Both the position numbers and the translations under genes were made by a program. From Bacilli bacterium (GTDB lineage: Bacteria > Bacillota_I > Bacilli_A > RFN20 > CAG-826), in contig JAZLMH010000023.1 in assembly GCA_045598525.1 (NCBI GenBank), positions 10,004 through 74,003 on the forward strand: a stretch of DNA of 64,000 nt, given 5' to 3'. This document shows positions 27,222-37,475 of this stretch, in pieces. The stretch's first letter is position 1. Every line of letters starts with the position of its first letter. Under the pieces are notes generated by a model. The model had not been told where the DNA came from. It saw nothing but the letters and a program-made list of their open reading frames with translations, and did not search any database.

Positions 27222-28157
27222 ATGAAATTAACAAAATACGCAGGTTTATTTGTCTTATCGTTATCCCTTTTAGCATCATGTGGCCCTACATGTGAGCATG
27301 ATTACTATTTAGAAGTTGTCGGAGAACCAACCACCACATACAAATCCGGTGAGCACTTCTCAAGAGAAGGTATCGAAGTCAAACTTCACTGCGAAAAATG
27401 TGGCGAAGTGAAAACAATCACAAACTACGAAGTCGATGAATATGGCGACTATCTCAAATCAAGCACAGAGAAAGTCACACTTAAATATCAGGAATGCGTT
27501 TACGACATCCCAGTCACAGTCACATTTGACTATGCGTTTACAGGAACAATCACATGCGTTGGTGATTCATTAACAGAAGGTCACAACTGGCCAAGAGAGT
27601 CATATCCAACATTCATCAACGATTATCTTCCAGACGGGTCAAACGCAAAGGTTATTAACTGCGGCAAAAACGGTGCATCTTTCAAGACGTTCGGCCAGTA
27701 TAACCCAGCTTATGACACAACAACACAATATCAGAACTCGCTTAAGGAACAACCAGACGTCGTCACAATTCTCTTAGGAACAAATGACGCTACAAACTGG
27801 GCAAACGAAAAAGATGATTTCTACAAAGATTACACTGATTTAATTCATTTATATCAGACCAATTGGGAGAAAGAACCTCAGATCATCCTTCTCACATCTC
27901 CTGCAACTAAGAATCCAAACAACTTCAGCATTCCAAACGACACAATCCGCGATGAAGTCAACCCAATCCAAAGACAGGTCGCTGAAGAATTAGATTTGCC
28001 ATTAATCGATTTGAGACAAATCTTTGAAGAATACGAAGGCGGCTTAGACGAATTAGTTAGACCTAATGACGGTGTTCACTTCAGCCTTGCTGCTGCAAAG
28101 ATGGTCGCCGAATTAATCGCTAACGAAATCGTTAGTGTTGCTGAAAACAACCTCTAA
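27222..28157 (+). CDS. Lipoprotein with a C-terminal SGNH/GDSL hydrolase domain
   Basis: 311 aa. The signal has an LASC lipobox, followed by block I GDSLTEG, a block III GTND-like motif and block V DGVH. Confidence 0.75.
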   Translation: MKLTKYAGLFVLSLSLLASCGPTCEHDYYLEVVGEPTTTYKSGEHFSREGIEVKLHCEKCGEVKTITNYEVDEYGDYLKSSTEKVTLKYQECVYDIPVTVTFDYAFTGTITCVGDSLTEGHNWPRESYPTFINDYLPDGSNAKVINCGKNGASFKTFGQYNPAYDTTTQYQNSLKEQPDVVTILLGTNDATNWANEKDDFYKDYTDLIHLYQTNWEKEPQIILLTSPATKNPNNFSIPNDTIRDEVNPIQRQVAEELDLPLIDLRQIFEEYEGGLDELVRPNDGVHFSLAAAKMVAELIANEIVSVAENNL

Positions 28158-28159
28158 TT

Positions 28160-28197
28160 AAAAAGAAAAGTACGCCACACAGTGACGTACTTTTTTG
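28160..28197. terminator. Bidirectional terminator between convergent genes
   Basis: An imperfect 9 bp gtacgccac / gtgacgtac stem is flanked by an A-run and by tttttt. Confidence 0.5.
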
Positions 28198-28204
28198 TTA
28201 TCTC

Positions 28205-29206
28205 TTATTTCTTAAATGGAACAACGTGCTTAACCGCTTCTTTTTGGTTAATTCTTACATCGCCATTATCAATGTCGATAAGAACATATTTGTCATTACC
28301 CATTCCAAGTTCTTTCATATAGCTTAATTGCCTATGTGAATGTCTTGATTCAATTCTTTCAACAAGGTCCTTGTGGTCTTTCTCTTCCATTGCGTAAACA
28401 AGGTCAATCGACGCTTGATCAACCGCTAAGATATCTAAGGAAGCCAAGATGCCAACGTTTGGAGTGACAACAGGCATTGCTGAGCAGCCTTCGCAGTCAC
28501 ATGAGACTGACATATTTCTCATGACGTTAACAAAGCAAATATGGTTTTTGAAATGATCGACCGTTGCTTTTGTGGATTCCGAGATTCTCTCCATGAACTC
28601 TTCTTTCTTTATGTCCCACATATTGCTTTGGTTTGGTGTTGTATGAATCATGCCTTTGCCGATTCTTCCATCGGCGACGCCAATACCAATGTTCTTATTA
28701 GAACCACCAAAACCGCCTTGTACGTGTCCTTTGAAATGTGTCAAAGCTACAAATGAGTCGTAATTTAAGATGCTTTTGCCGACGCTCATTTCAGTAAACC
28801 ATTTACCGCCTTCTACTGGTAGCATCGCCGTTCCGAATTCATCAAGAATATCAACTTCTCTAAATGTCCAGCCGTTGATCTTCAACGTTTCTCTATGCTG
28901 CTCTGTTGTATATCTATCGCCTTCGTAATATGTATTTGTCTCAACAATTTTCGCATCTTTGAAATCATCTTGTTTGAAAAGATATTCAACCCATGATGAT
29001 GGAATAATGTTTGGACCGTTCTTTTCGCCTGTGTGGAGCTTTACTGCGGTTTTGCCTTTAATATTTCCACTTACTCTTCGATAAATCTTTAAAAGTCCTT
29101 CAGGAGAAAGATCTCTTGTAAAATAAACTATTGATTCATTTCCGGTTCTTTTATCGTATGGAAGATATTTATCTCCGTCTGTTCTTGTCAAAACTTTTTT
29201 CTCCAT
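28205..29206 (-). CDS. DUF362-like protein (putative Fe-S binding), function unknown
   Basis: 333 aa with an SCDCEGCSAMPV cysteine cluster. The family assignment is from memory, hence low confidence. Confidence 0.4.
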   Translation of the reverse strand: MEKKVLTRTDGDKYLPYDKRTGNESIVYFTRDLSPEGLLKIYRRVSGNIKGKTAVKLHTGEKNGPNIIPSSWVEYLFKQDDFKDAKIVETNTYYEGDRYTTEQHRETLKINGWTFREVDILDEFGTAMLPVEGGKWFTEMSVGKSILNYDSFVALTHFKGHVQGGFGGSNKNIGIGVADGRIGKGMIHTTPNQSNMWDIKKEEFMERISESTKATVDHFKNHICFVNVMRNMSVSCDCEGCSAMPVVTPNVGILASLDILAVDQASIDLVYAMEEKDHKDLVERIESRHSHRQLSYMKELGMGNDKYVLIDIDNGDVRINQKEAVKHVVPFKK

Positions 29207-29207
29207 G

Positions 29208-29738
29208 TTATTTCTCCTTCTTGCTTAAGAATTCATCAAAGTATTCTTTCTTGATAACTCTATAATGCGGTTTTTCTTTTTCTCGATAATTTGATGAATG
29301 TGTAACAGGTTGATATTTATACATATTCATATATTCTTCAATATCTATTTTTGCACTTCTATATTCAATTTTGTCTTTTAGGGTTTCAAGATTGATATTT
29401 ATCTCTTTATCGAATTCTTCACCCGTTCCACGCTTTTCGCTTGCGGTTTTGATAAATAGATTAAGCAAATCGTCTTCGCTATATCCTTCTACATAAATGA
29501 ACGGATATAAATTCACTCGAACATAATCCTCTGATATTTGTTCGCTAAGAAGTTCGTTTTCTTTTTCTTTCGCATCTCTAACACTTTCAATCTCTTTATG
29601 AAGGTACTCTTTTGCAAAAGAAGCATCTTTAAGTAAATGCTCCGCGCCGAACACCGTTTGAAAAGTAAACTTAATAATATCGCACCCTTCCATTGATGGA
29701 TGAAGGTTGTATTGTTCTAAAAGATATGCATTTTTCAT
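29208..29738 (-). CDS. Hypothetical cytoplasmic protein
   Basis: 176 aa ORF tightly coupled to its neighbours, with a 1 nt gap to the DUF362 gene. No motif was recognised. Confidence 0.4.
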   Translation of the reverse strand: MKNAYLLEQYNLHPSMEGCDIIKFTFQTVFGAEHLLKDASFAKEYLHKEIESVRDAKEKENELLSEQISEDYVRVNLYPFIYVEGYSEDDLLNLFIKTASEKRGTGEEFDKEININLETLKDKIEYRSAKIDIEEYMNMYKYQPVTHSSNYREKEKPHYRVIKKEYFDEFLSKKEK

Positions 29739-29753
29739 CTCAAATATTATCCA

Positions 29754-30662
29754 TCAAAATATGTCCAAATTCGCGTCTAAATATATTTCTTCTCTGACGT
29801 TTATTTGATATTCAGGCTTAACCAAATAATAAAGAAGCATTTCTAAAACCAACGCGCTTCCAAGCCCTCTGCCTTCGATTTTGTAATTGGTTATGCCTAA
29901 AGGAAGGTATGTTTCTTTTATATCATTAATACCTATGAACATGGGGTTTTTCATTGCGCTAGAGAAAGTGTACCCTTTTTCGCTAAACGGCGCTTTGCAA
30001 ACATGATCAGGGGTGTCTAAACCAAGAGTCTTTTCAGACACGTTTCTATAGCAATCTTTTCTATCTTTGCATCCTACATAGCAGCATTCATTTATAAGGA
30101 GTTCTACTTTGCCTTTTTCTTCGTTTGCTAACGAAGACAAGAAATCTATTCTTTTGTTGTAACGAAAATCAGGAACAACGTATTTTAATTCTTCTCTGGC
30201 CAATTCCTCTTTCAGGTCTTCATCGTCCAATATGACTTTAGTTGTGGATGATATTAATTCTAAATGTGGATATTTGTTGTGTATGTAATTCTTTAACAAT
30301 TCAGAATGCACGATTACCCCATTATGAGCTTTCGGATCGTTTAACAGCTCGCACATCTTGTTGCATAGAGAATCACTTAGATGCTCTTCCCTTAATAAGG
30401 AATTGCTGAACGTTAAGCGAGCGGAAACGCCTGAGTTTTTTAATAAGTCTAAGAAAGGTCTAATATCTTCATCGCCGAAAGCGACGCGCCCACCGCCCCA
30501 TATGCAAGATGAAGGCGCACCATAAATGGAGGATATCTCAACGAAGTCATAAAAATACTCGTTGTGGTTTTTATATAAATCGAAAAATCTTTTATATAAT
30601 TCGTAAAACTCAAAGAGTCCAGGAAGATGAAATCTGGCGATTCGTTTTTCTTTCATGTACAT
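29754..30662 (-). CDS. Hypothetical protein, first gene of a three-gene operon with the DUF362 gene
   Basis: 302 aa. No recognisable motif, and a peptidase U32 assignment was considered and not supported. Confidence 0.4.
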   Translation of the reverse strand: MYMKEKRIARFHLPGLFEFYELYKRFFDLYKNHNEYFYDFVEISSIYGAPSSCIWGGGRVAFGDEDIRPFLDLLKNSGVSARLTFSNSLLREEHLSDSLCNKMCELLNDPKAHNGVIVHSELLKNYIHNKYPHLELISSTTKVILDDEDLKEELAREELKYVVPDFRYNKRIDFLSSLANEEKGKVELLINECCYVGCKDRKDCYRNVSEKTLGLDTPDHVCKAPFSEKGYTFSSAMKNPMFIGINDIKETYLPLGITNYKIEGRGLGSALVLEMLLYYLVKPEYQINVREEIYLDANLDIF

Positions 30663-30708
30663 ATTCTAACCAAGGACAAATAAAAAACACGCATTAGCGT
30701 GCTTTTCT

Positions 30709-31434
30709 TTATGCCTGATTAATCTTCTTTTTGTTTTTTATCTCGATGATGATGTATGGGAGGGAGAGAAGCCCTAAACAGAATAGCCCTGTGAAAATCA
30801 AATGGACGAAATAGACATACCAGCCATATTTTGTCGTAAGGAATGGGATGTTATCGACAGGAGGATATACAGTGAAAAAGAAGTTTGTGTTGTACTCGTG
30901 AAGCGCGCCATTGATCCAAACCATAACAACAAGCAAAGAGAATAAAACTAAACAGTTTGTTATAAACGCTTTCAAACCAAGGTCTACCTGCTTGGTGATG
31001 ATAAAATATAGTGCGAACCAGACAATCGATGCGTGATAAAGCATTGATTGATATGTACTTATATCGGTGAAGCTTGTTCCGCTTGTGGCAACAAGAACGC
31101 CAAGAAGGCCGCCAATTAAACTAACGGCAACGGCAAAGCTTACAAGACGTTTACCTTCCTTCTTTGGATTAATGGCAAGGTAAAAGAAGATAAATATTAA
31201 TATTGAGCAAAGATGGAGAGGGAGAGCTTTAGCATCGATGTATCCACCAATAATTCTTCCTGAGTCATTTGTGATTTCTCTAATTCTGTTTAAAAGTTTT
31301 ACTGCTTCACTTAAAAAAGCAATTCCTGCCATGACGTTGATAGCTACGTTTCTCTTCCATTTAAATTTAAGGGAGAAGAAAAGCAACGTTCCAATAAGGC
31401 CAAAACAAATAATCATCCAAATTAAGTAGTTCAT
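30709..31434 (-). CDS. Integral membrane protein (~7 TM) with an LPLHLC motif; paralog of 38615..39436
   Basis: 241 aa and hydrophobic throughout, with conserved LPLHLCSILIF. Family not assigned. Confidence 0.5.
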   Translation of the reverse strand: MNYLIWMIICFGLIGTLLFFSLKFKWKRNVAINVMAGIAFLSEAVKLLNRIREITNDSGRIIGGYIDAKALPLHLCSILIFIFFYLAINPKKEGKRLVSFAVAVSLIGGLLGVLVATSGTSFTDISTYQSMLYHASIVWFALYFIITKQVDLGLKAFITNCLVLFSLLVVMVWINGALHEYNTNFFFTVYPPVDNIPFLTTKYGWYVYFVHLIFTGLFCLGLLSLPYIIIEIKNKKKINQA

Positions 31435-31518
31435 ATGTATATCCCTGACCGTTCTCTAAAAGTTAACCAATTCCACTAAAAAATGACAATCACTTTTGCA
31501 TAAAAGCAACAGCATTTC

Positions 31519-32628
31519 TTATTTTTCGTTTGAGAATAGGTATTCTACGTTTTTAAATGGGCCGAACAAAATAACGATATCACCTTCATTGATTGTTGTA
31601 TCTTGGTCGATGTCGATAATTGAATCTTTTCTTTTGATAAGCATGACGTTGATGCCATATTGTCCTTTAATTGAGGAGCTATAAAGCGTTACGTCTTTTA
31701 AAATATCTGGGACTTTACGGACGTTAATTTCCGCCATCGCCTTATCTTTGTAGTTCTCAATGACATAGATTGTGTTTCTTTGTTTTGCTTCGCTTAATCG
31801 CTCTGCTTTAGCCACCGTATGTTTGAAATCAAAAACTGCATGTATGTTGCTGCTGTTTCCAAACACAACAATCGAGTCGCCCTGCTGAATCATGGTGTCT
31901 TTTGTAATGTTTACGTTCATGTGCTTACGTCTAATGAGCATAACGTTGATATTGTAGTCTTCCTTGATTCTTGATTCGAACAAGGTGCTATTTACAAACA
32001 TTTCAGGAAGAATATTAATTTTGATTTGATAAATGGAATCTTTGTCATATGTGTCCATTAAAGTAAGAATGTTTTCTTTATTCTTTTTGAAATATAGGAC
32101 ATAACCAGCTCGGCTGATTAAATCATTTAAAGGTTTTTTGACAAACGGAAGATTAAAGACAACAAGGATGGCAACAAAAATGCCAAAGGAAATAAGAAGA
32201 ATTTGCCATGAATTTTGTAAGTGCTCCATGTCAAAGGAAGCAATTGTATCAACAACCAAAGACAAAATAACGATCGAAAGGAGATGGCCAATAACCATGC
32301 AGACTATTGCTAGTCTTCTTCTCACAGGGTTGCTTGTGATGATTTCGCTTTCGGCGGTTGTAAACCCAACACCGGTTAACAATGAGATGGTTTGGAAAGA
32401 TGCTTTAGATCTACGAAGGCCAGTAATCTGAAATAATGTTGAAAATATGCTAATCAATGCAGCGTATATAACAATGATCACCATGAACAAGATTAAAATC
32501 GTTACCGTATTCATAAGCTCCCTCCTTCCGCTATTTATATTAAAAATATAAACGATTTTCTTCAATGGTAAGTTGTTTAAAGTACAGAAAAGAAGACAGC
32601 GGTCCAAGAAACGCTCAATTTTCAGCAA
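31519..32628 (-). CDS. Membrane protein with an N-terminal 4-TM domain and tandem C-terminal TrkA-C (RCK_C) domains; putative ion channel or transporter regulator
   Basis: 369 aa. There are two RCK_C-like segments (...MLIRRKHMNVNITKDTMIQQGDSIVVFG and ...MLIKRKDSIIDIDQDTTINEGDIVILFG). A TGVGFTT segment faintly resembles a channel filter. Confidence 0.55.
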   Translation of the reverse strand: MLKIERFLDRCLLFCTLNNLPLKKIVYIFNINSGRRELMNTVTILILFMVIIVIYAALISIFSTLFQITGLRRSKASFQTISLLTGVGFTTAESEIITSNPVRRRLAIVCMVIGHLLSIVILSLVVDTIASFDMEHLQNSWQILLISFGIFVAILVVFNLPFVKKPLNDLISRAGYVLYFKKNKENILTLMDTYDKDSIYQIKINILPEMFVNSTLFESRIKEDYNINVMLIRRKHMNVNITKDTMIQQGDSIVVFGNSSNIHAVFDFKHTVAKAERLSEAKQRNTIYVIENYKDKAMAEINVRKVPDILKDVTLYSSSIKGQYGINVMLIKRKDSIIDIDQDTTINEGDIVILFGPFKNVEYLFSNEK

Positions 32629-32709
32629 CGTATCAAATAATGATTTTCAAAATAAAAATAAAAAGCAGATTTTGTAAATTTTCCTTACAAGGAGCAAATA
32701 AATAATATA

Positions 32710-34758
32710 TTGTGGCACAAACAAAGGAGGTGGCTTATGAAAAAGATTCCACTATTTATCGCCTTATCTGTCTCAATGTTGTTGGTCGCTTGCGCTTCAG
32801 CAAAAGATGAATCAAACATGTCTTATTCAAGCAAGGAAACCGATGAATCTTCTTATGGATCTTCTTTAATCGTAGGGACTGACAGTTCTTCTCTTGAACC
32901 AGCAAGCTCTATAGCAAGCGCAACCTCTGTTTTTGTTGACCCTAATAGCTTTGTCCGAACAATCCAATCAGCTGGAACATATACAATTACAGGCAATATT
33001 AACGGTTCCATCCTGATTGACGCGCCTGAGACAGACGAAATTGAAATCAACTTAGATGGCGCAACCATAACTTCGACAAACAATTCCCCAATCTACTGCA
33101 AAAGCGCAGGCGAATTGAAAATCAAGTTAACTGGAAACAATGTGATCAATGACAACCGCGCCCAATTGAATGTCGATGAAGAAGACCCACTACAGGGAAA
33201 GGGAGCCATCTATTCTAAATGTGATCTCAAAATCACAAGCTCAGGATCGTTAACAATTAACGCCAACTATAACAATGGAATTCATTGCACAGACGACGTT
33301 AAGCTAAAATCCACTTCTACAGTTAATGTCACAGCTGTTAATCATGCTATTAAAGGAAACGATTCTGTTACTGTTGAGTCTGGAACAATCACATTGATTT
33401 CTAAATGCGGGTCCGGACTCAAAACCGAAAAAACGTCAATTTCTTCGAAAGGAAACCAAAAAGGAAACATCGAAATCACGGGTGGAGATTTAACTATTTT
33501 TTCATGCGAAGACGCAATTGAAGCTGCTTATAACGTAGTTATTGAGAACAATCCAAAAATCGATATAAAAACAAGCAATTACTCAGAATATACGGTAGGA
33601 AGTATTTCAGGGGGTTCTAATGACCAAATCGGCGCAAAAATGTATCTTAGAACAAGCACTAATACATATAACTATTCTGTTCAATTCAGGAACGCTCAAA
33701 ACGAATTAACGTGGGCAGATGCAACCTATTCAACAAGCAAATCAGGCTCAAGAGGAACGACTTACTATTTTTATGAATTGGCTAAGCCTAATGATGCCAT
33801 ATCAATGAAGGTGTACCTCTACCAAAAATCTGTTACTTCCAGAAGAGAAGATAACGCAATGCTCTCTTCCTCTTTCATTAATATCAATTCCAATTATGAT
33901 ACCGCTGTTCTTTCGGTTGGTTCCTCTAGCATCACCTGTTCCCAATGGGCAAACTTCGCTCAGCAAAGCGGCCCAGGAGGAGGCGGCCCTGGTGGATGGG
34001 GTGGCACGCAAGAAGGCAACAGCAACAAAGCGGATTATTCCGCAAAAGGCATAAAATCTGATAACGAGATATATATTAGAGGCGGAGACATTTCGGTCAT
34101 GTCATATGATGATGCAATCCACGCAGGAAGAGGCGCTGTTTTAGAAAATGGTGAAACAGGCGTAGGGAACGTCCATATATCCGGTGGAACAATGTCTTTA
34201 TATGCCTCAGACGATGGTATACACGCCGACTACATTAACGATATTTCTGGCGGCGAAATAAACATCACCAACTCGTATGAAGGAATTGAAGGAAATATAT
34301 TAAACATCTCCGGTGGCAATATAAAAGTCTACTCCACTGACGACGGTCTTAATGCGGCTAACAAAGCTGGAGTAAATCCAGAGATCAACGTATCAGGAGG
34401 CACGTTAGACATCACTGTTTACGGTGGCGATGTTGACGGAATTGATAGCAACAACACGTATACCCAAACTGGCGGTATCGTGATAACCAAGGGCGGTACA
34501 GGAGGCATGTCAACAGGTTTAGACACAGACGGCACCGCTAGAGTAGACGCAGGAACATTGATCGTATTTGGAAGGCCAGAAAATACGCCTACATTAGGAG
34601 CTGGCGTTACTTCTTATACTTTGAGCGGAAGCTATACACTTGGAACTTATAGGGTAAGCAACGGCATCAATAGCGTAGATGTCTCTACTAAATATTCCTA
34701 CACAGCCATCTATGTATACTCAAACGAAACAAGCAGATACACGGTTGAAAGGAAATAG
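32710..34758 (+). CDS. Lipoprotein with a right-handed beta-helix, carbohydrate-binding (DUF4353 / Cthe_2159-like)
   Basis: 682 aa. The signal has an LVAC lipobox. DDAI/DDGI/DDGL turns recur about every 40 aa, typical of beta-helix coils. A Gly/Pro-rich GPGGGGPGGWGG linker is present. Confidence 0.45.
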   Translation: MWHKQRRWLMKKIPLFIALSVSMLLVACASAKDESNMSYSSKETDESSYGSSLIVGTDSSSLEPASSIASATSVFVDPNSFVRTIQSAGTYTITGNINGSILIDAPETDEIEINLDGATITSTNNSPIYCKSAGELKIKLTGNNVINDNRAQLNVDEEDPLQGKGAIYSKCDLKITSSGSLTINANYNNGIHCTDDVKLKSTSTVNVTAVNHAIKGNDSVTVESGTITLISKCGSGLKTEKTSISSKGNQKGNIEITGGDLTIFSCEDAIEAAYNVVIENNPKIDIKTSNYSEYTVGSISGGSNDQIGAKMYLRTSTNTYNYSVQFRNAQNELTWADATYSTSKSGSRGTTYYFYELAKPNDAISMKVYLYQKSVTSRREDNAMLSSSFININSNYDTAVLSVGSSSITCSQWANFAQQSGPGGGGPGGWGGTQEGNSNKADYSAKGIKSDNEIYIRGGDISVMSYDDAIHAGRGAVLENGETGVGNVHISGGTMSLYASDDGIHADYINDISGGEINITNSYEGIEGNILNISGGNIKVYSTDDGLNAANKAGVNPEINVSGGTLDITVYGGDVDGIDSNNTYTQTGGIVITKGGTGGMSTGLDTDGTARVDAGTLIVFGRPENTPTLGAGVTSYTLSGSYTLGTYRVSNGINSVDVSTKYSYTAIYVYSNETSRYTVERK

Positions 34759-34811
34759 CTTAATTACATTAAAAAGTTTTCAATAATGGTTAGCGTTGTT
34801 ATTATTTACGC

Positions 34812-35996
34812 ATGGACAATGTTAACGCTTCTATAAAAAGAATTGATTGGGTTGATATTTATAAATCTTTCGCGATCGTTTTAATGGTCTTAGGCCATGC
34901 GACAGGTTTGTTTAACTCTATGATTTATCAATTCCATATGGCAGCGTTCTTCTTCATTTCTGGATTCACTGCAAAATTAGAAAACAAATCTTTTGTTGAG
35001 GTATTCATCAATAAATTCTTCACAATACTTCTTCCTTTGTTCTTTATTGCTACCATTGGTATTTTTTCAAATGTCATATTGGATTCCTTTGGCGTCTATG
35101 AGCAAACGTTTGATCTTCCATATGTTGGATACGATGCGTTCCGTTTGTATTTAGCCGATGGTTCATTGTATGTTCAATGGATGGGAGCTTGTTGGTTCCT
35201 TCCAGTTATCTTTGGAATCTTCCTTATTCATAGAATATTGGTCAAATGCAGCGGAGAGAAAGCGAACCTCTTCTATTTGTTCTTATCGTTTGTGTTGTTT
35301 GGCCTTGGCTATTTCTTTGTGAACAATCATCTACGAGTAAACATATCATTTTTCCCTATCGATCTTATATTGATTGGGCAATTCTATTTCGCTCTTGGGA
35401 ACTTCATGGCTCATGTCAAAAAACCTAAATTCATTGAGAACGGAGATTATAAAACCATATTAATTGAAATCATTGGCTTACTCGTCACTCTTTTGATCAT
35501 GGACGTCATAAAAGATAAACCAAGCGTTACGGTTGATTATCCTGATAGACGCTTCCTTAATCTTTTCGTTAACTTGCTTGCATCAATAAACGGCATCACC
35601 TTCCTCCATTGCTTATCTAAGTTAGTTGAATTAATACCTCATAAATTTAGGGCGTGGTTCTCTTATTTGGGAAAGAACACTCTTGGAATACTAATATTCC
35701 ATTTCCTATTCTTTAAGCTCTTCTTTATCATCCTTGCAGCAACGGGTGCGATCACGCCAGAACAAGTTCTTCCAAGCGTACCAACATACGAACTAAACAA
35801 TTCGCTTTATCCTGTGCTGGTCATTTCTTCTATTGGGTTATCGCTTCTTCTATTCTTTGTGCTCACAATCATTCCGGGAATCAAATTCTTAATGGGTGCT
35901 GACAAAAAAATCTATAAATCAATATCCGCAAAAATAAATGGTTGGATTAATTCAGTAAAAGAAAAATTTAATAAAAAGTTTGTAGAAAAAAACTAA
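34812..35996 (+). CDS. Acyltransferase family 3 (OafA/YrhL-like) integral membrane O-acyltransferase
   Basis: 394 aa. The N-terminus WVDIYKSFAIVLMVLGHA and ~10 TM helices are typical of Acyl_transf_3. Confidence 0.8.
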   Translation: MDNVNASIKRIDWVDIYKSFAIVLMVLGHATGLFNSMIYQFHMAAFFFISGFTAKLENKSFVEVFINKFFTILLPLFFIATIGIFSNVILDSFGVYEQTFDLPYVGYDAFRLYLADGSLYVQWMGACWFLPVIFGIFLIHRILVKCSGEKANLFYLFLSFVLFGLGYFFVNNHLRVNISFFPIDLILIGQFYFALGNFMAHVKKPKFIENGDYKTILIEIIGLLVTLLIMDVIKDKPSVTVDYPDRRFLNLFVNLLASINGITFLHCLSKLVELIPHKFRAWFSYLGKNTLGILIFHFLFFKLFFIILAATGAITPEQVLPSVPTYELNNSLYPVLVISSIGLSLLLFFVLTIIPGIKFLMGADKKIYKSISAKINGWINSVKEKFNKKFVEKN

Positions 35997-36041
35997 TAGC
36001 CACTTAAATAGATAAAAGCAATACCGATTGATATTGAAAAA

Positions 36042-36074
36042 GACCGCTGGTTAAAGCGGCCTTTAATTTTTTAT
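36042..36074 (+). terminator. Rho-independent terminator after the acyltransferase gene
   Basis: A ccgct-ggttaa-agcgg stem extended to about 7 bp is followed by tttaattttttatt. Confidence 0.5.
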
Positions 36075-36250
36075 TGTGCTTAGTTTGCAGCGACTGGTGT
36101 TAGCTTAATGTTCTCGCCCCAGAATAAACGTGAATAATATGAGTTTTGCGCATATTTTTGAACAATAACATTTTTGTTATTTGGGTTTTCTTTGTATAAC
36201 CCTAAACTCCGCCCTTGTTTAGAATTAGAGCATTTTGATCCTGGGTTCTA

Positions 36251-37129
36251 TTATTGCTTGCTTCTTTTATCAACGTGTTTTTTTGAAATGGCTGCAGCCG
36301 TCACAATTAAACCAACACCCAAAATAGATGCTCCGAAAACGATCAAAGAAACTTTAAACAAAACGGTCAAATCCCAATTAAAAAGTGTTCCTTTGCCTAT
36401 TACTGGAACTCCCCATGAACCACTAGGGTGCTCAACAACCGATACATAGAAGTAATCAATGTGTAAGATAGACACGTTCGCATCCAAAAGCGATTCGTGT
36501 GATCTAATTTTGAGTTCATCTCCATCAATGAAGGATGTATATGTGACACCGTTTAAAGCATAATAGGCAAGGCCTCTTTGAGCGAGTATCTCGTATGTTC
36601 CTTGTGTTGAATTTAAATAAGGGTTCTTATCATCTCTATAAAATGTGAACTCCAGGCTTTTGTAATCAGGATTACCATCTGTGCCCATGCAAAAATCGCT
36701 GCCAAATGCGGTGATGCCACGAGTCCAAAGAACCGTTACATCCTTATCTATGGCATTGACTGAAACATAATCTAAAATATTACCTTCTTCGTTATAGTTG
36801 TTTATAGCGAACACGAATGTTTCGTTTGTGTCAATCAAACAATTAACTCCAGTATTGTCTTCCCAAGAATAAGAAGCGGCGACATCTGGGACTGTTGAGG
36901 TAAGAGATTCAGGGTCGACAAGCTTGTTACCTTTGTTTTTAACTGTGACAAGCGTTATGTCTGATTCTATTCCGTCCACTTCTCTTACGGTATCTGTTAC
37001 ATTCACAATTTCTAGATCGTCATATTTTCTTTCAAGCGTTCCGTTTGTGTAGCTGCCGCCATCAACAGAAGAGGAAGCGATTAATAAGGTTCCTAATAGT
37101 TTTAATGAGGTTTTAATTCCACTAATCAT
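36251..37129 (-). CDS. Surface protein with an N-terminal signal/TM and a C-terminal TM anchor plus basic tail; function unknown
   Basis: 292 aa. It starts MISGIKTSLKLLGTLLIASSS and ends with ...LIVFGASILGVGLIVTAAAISKKHVDKRSKQ. Confidence 0.45.
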   Translation of the reverse strand: MISGIKTSLKLLGTLLIASSSVDGGSYTNGTLERKYDDLEIVNVTDTVREVDGIESDITLVTVKNKGNKLVDPESLTSTVPDVAASYSWEDNTGVNCLIDTNETFVFAINNYNEEGNILDYVSVNAIDKDVTVLWTRGITAFGSDFCMGTDGNPDYKSLEFTFYRDDKNPYLNSTQGTYEILAQRGLAYYALNGVTYTSFIDGDELKIRSHESLLDANVSILHIDYFYVSVVEHPSGSWGVPVIGKGTLFNWDLTVLFKVSLIVFGASILGVGLIVTAAAISKKHVDKRSKQ

Positions 37130-37396
37130 AACTTTTCTCCTTGTTTCGCAATCATTAAATCAAGAATGGCAATTGCATACAAACAAGTAGGAATTGGATT
37201 TTTGTCAAGTGACGCTAGAAATAACGCAATAAGCAAAGCAAGCGTTATACAGCAAAAGCGATTTTTCCGATTTATATTGCCGAAAATACCGCAATATTGG
37301 TAAAATTAAATTGTGGATGAGGAGTAGCTTACTCGATTAATTCCGTCATCACAGGTTAAAGCCTCGGGATTAATAATCTAAATGATTTAGCAAGAT

Positions 37397-37426
37397 CACC
37401 ACTAACGTAAGTTGGTGGTTTTTATT
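37397..37426 (+). terminator. Terminator-like stem-loop plus T-run inside the 5' leader of the SPFH gene (possible attenuator)
   Basis: caccactaacgtaagttggtgg can form an ACCAC...GTGGT stem with an inner AAC/GTT pair. It is followed by tttttattt and lies 50 nt upstream of the AGGAGG RBS. Confidence 0.3.
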
Positions 37427-37475
37427 TATAAACAGCCTTCTTACGTATGGAAAGACGAAAGGAGGTATTTTGAAA

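Noticed and set aside
29754-30662. Assignment of the 302 aa protein to the peptidase U32 family.
   Set aside because: The characteristic N-terminal ELLAPAG-type motif and conserved Cys pattern are absent, so it is left as hypothetical.
31519-32628. Calling the TrkA-C membrane protein a K+ channel on the basis of TGVGFTT.
   Set aside because: It does not match the canonical T[VI]GYG selectivity filter, so it is kept as a generic RCK_C-regulated membrane protein.
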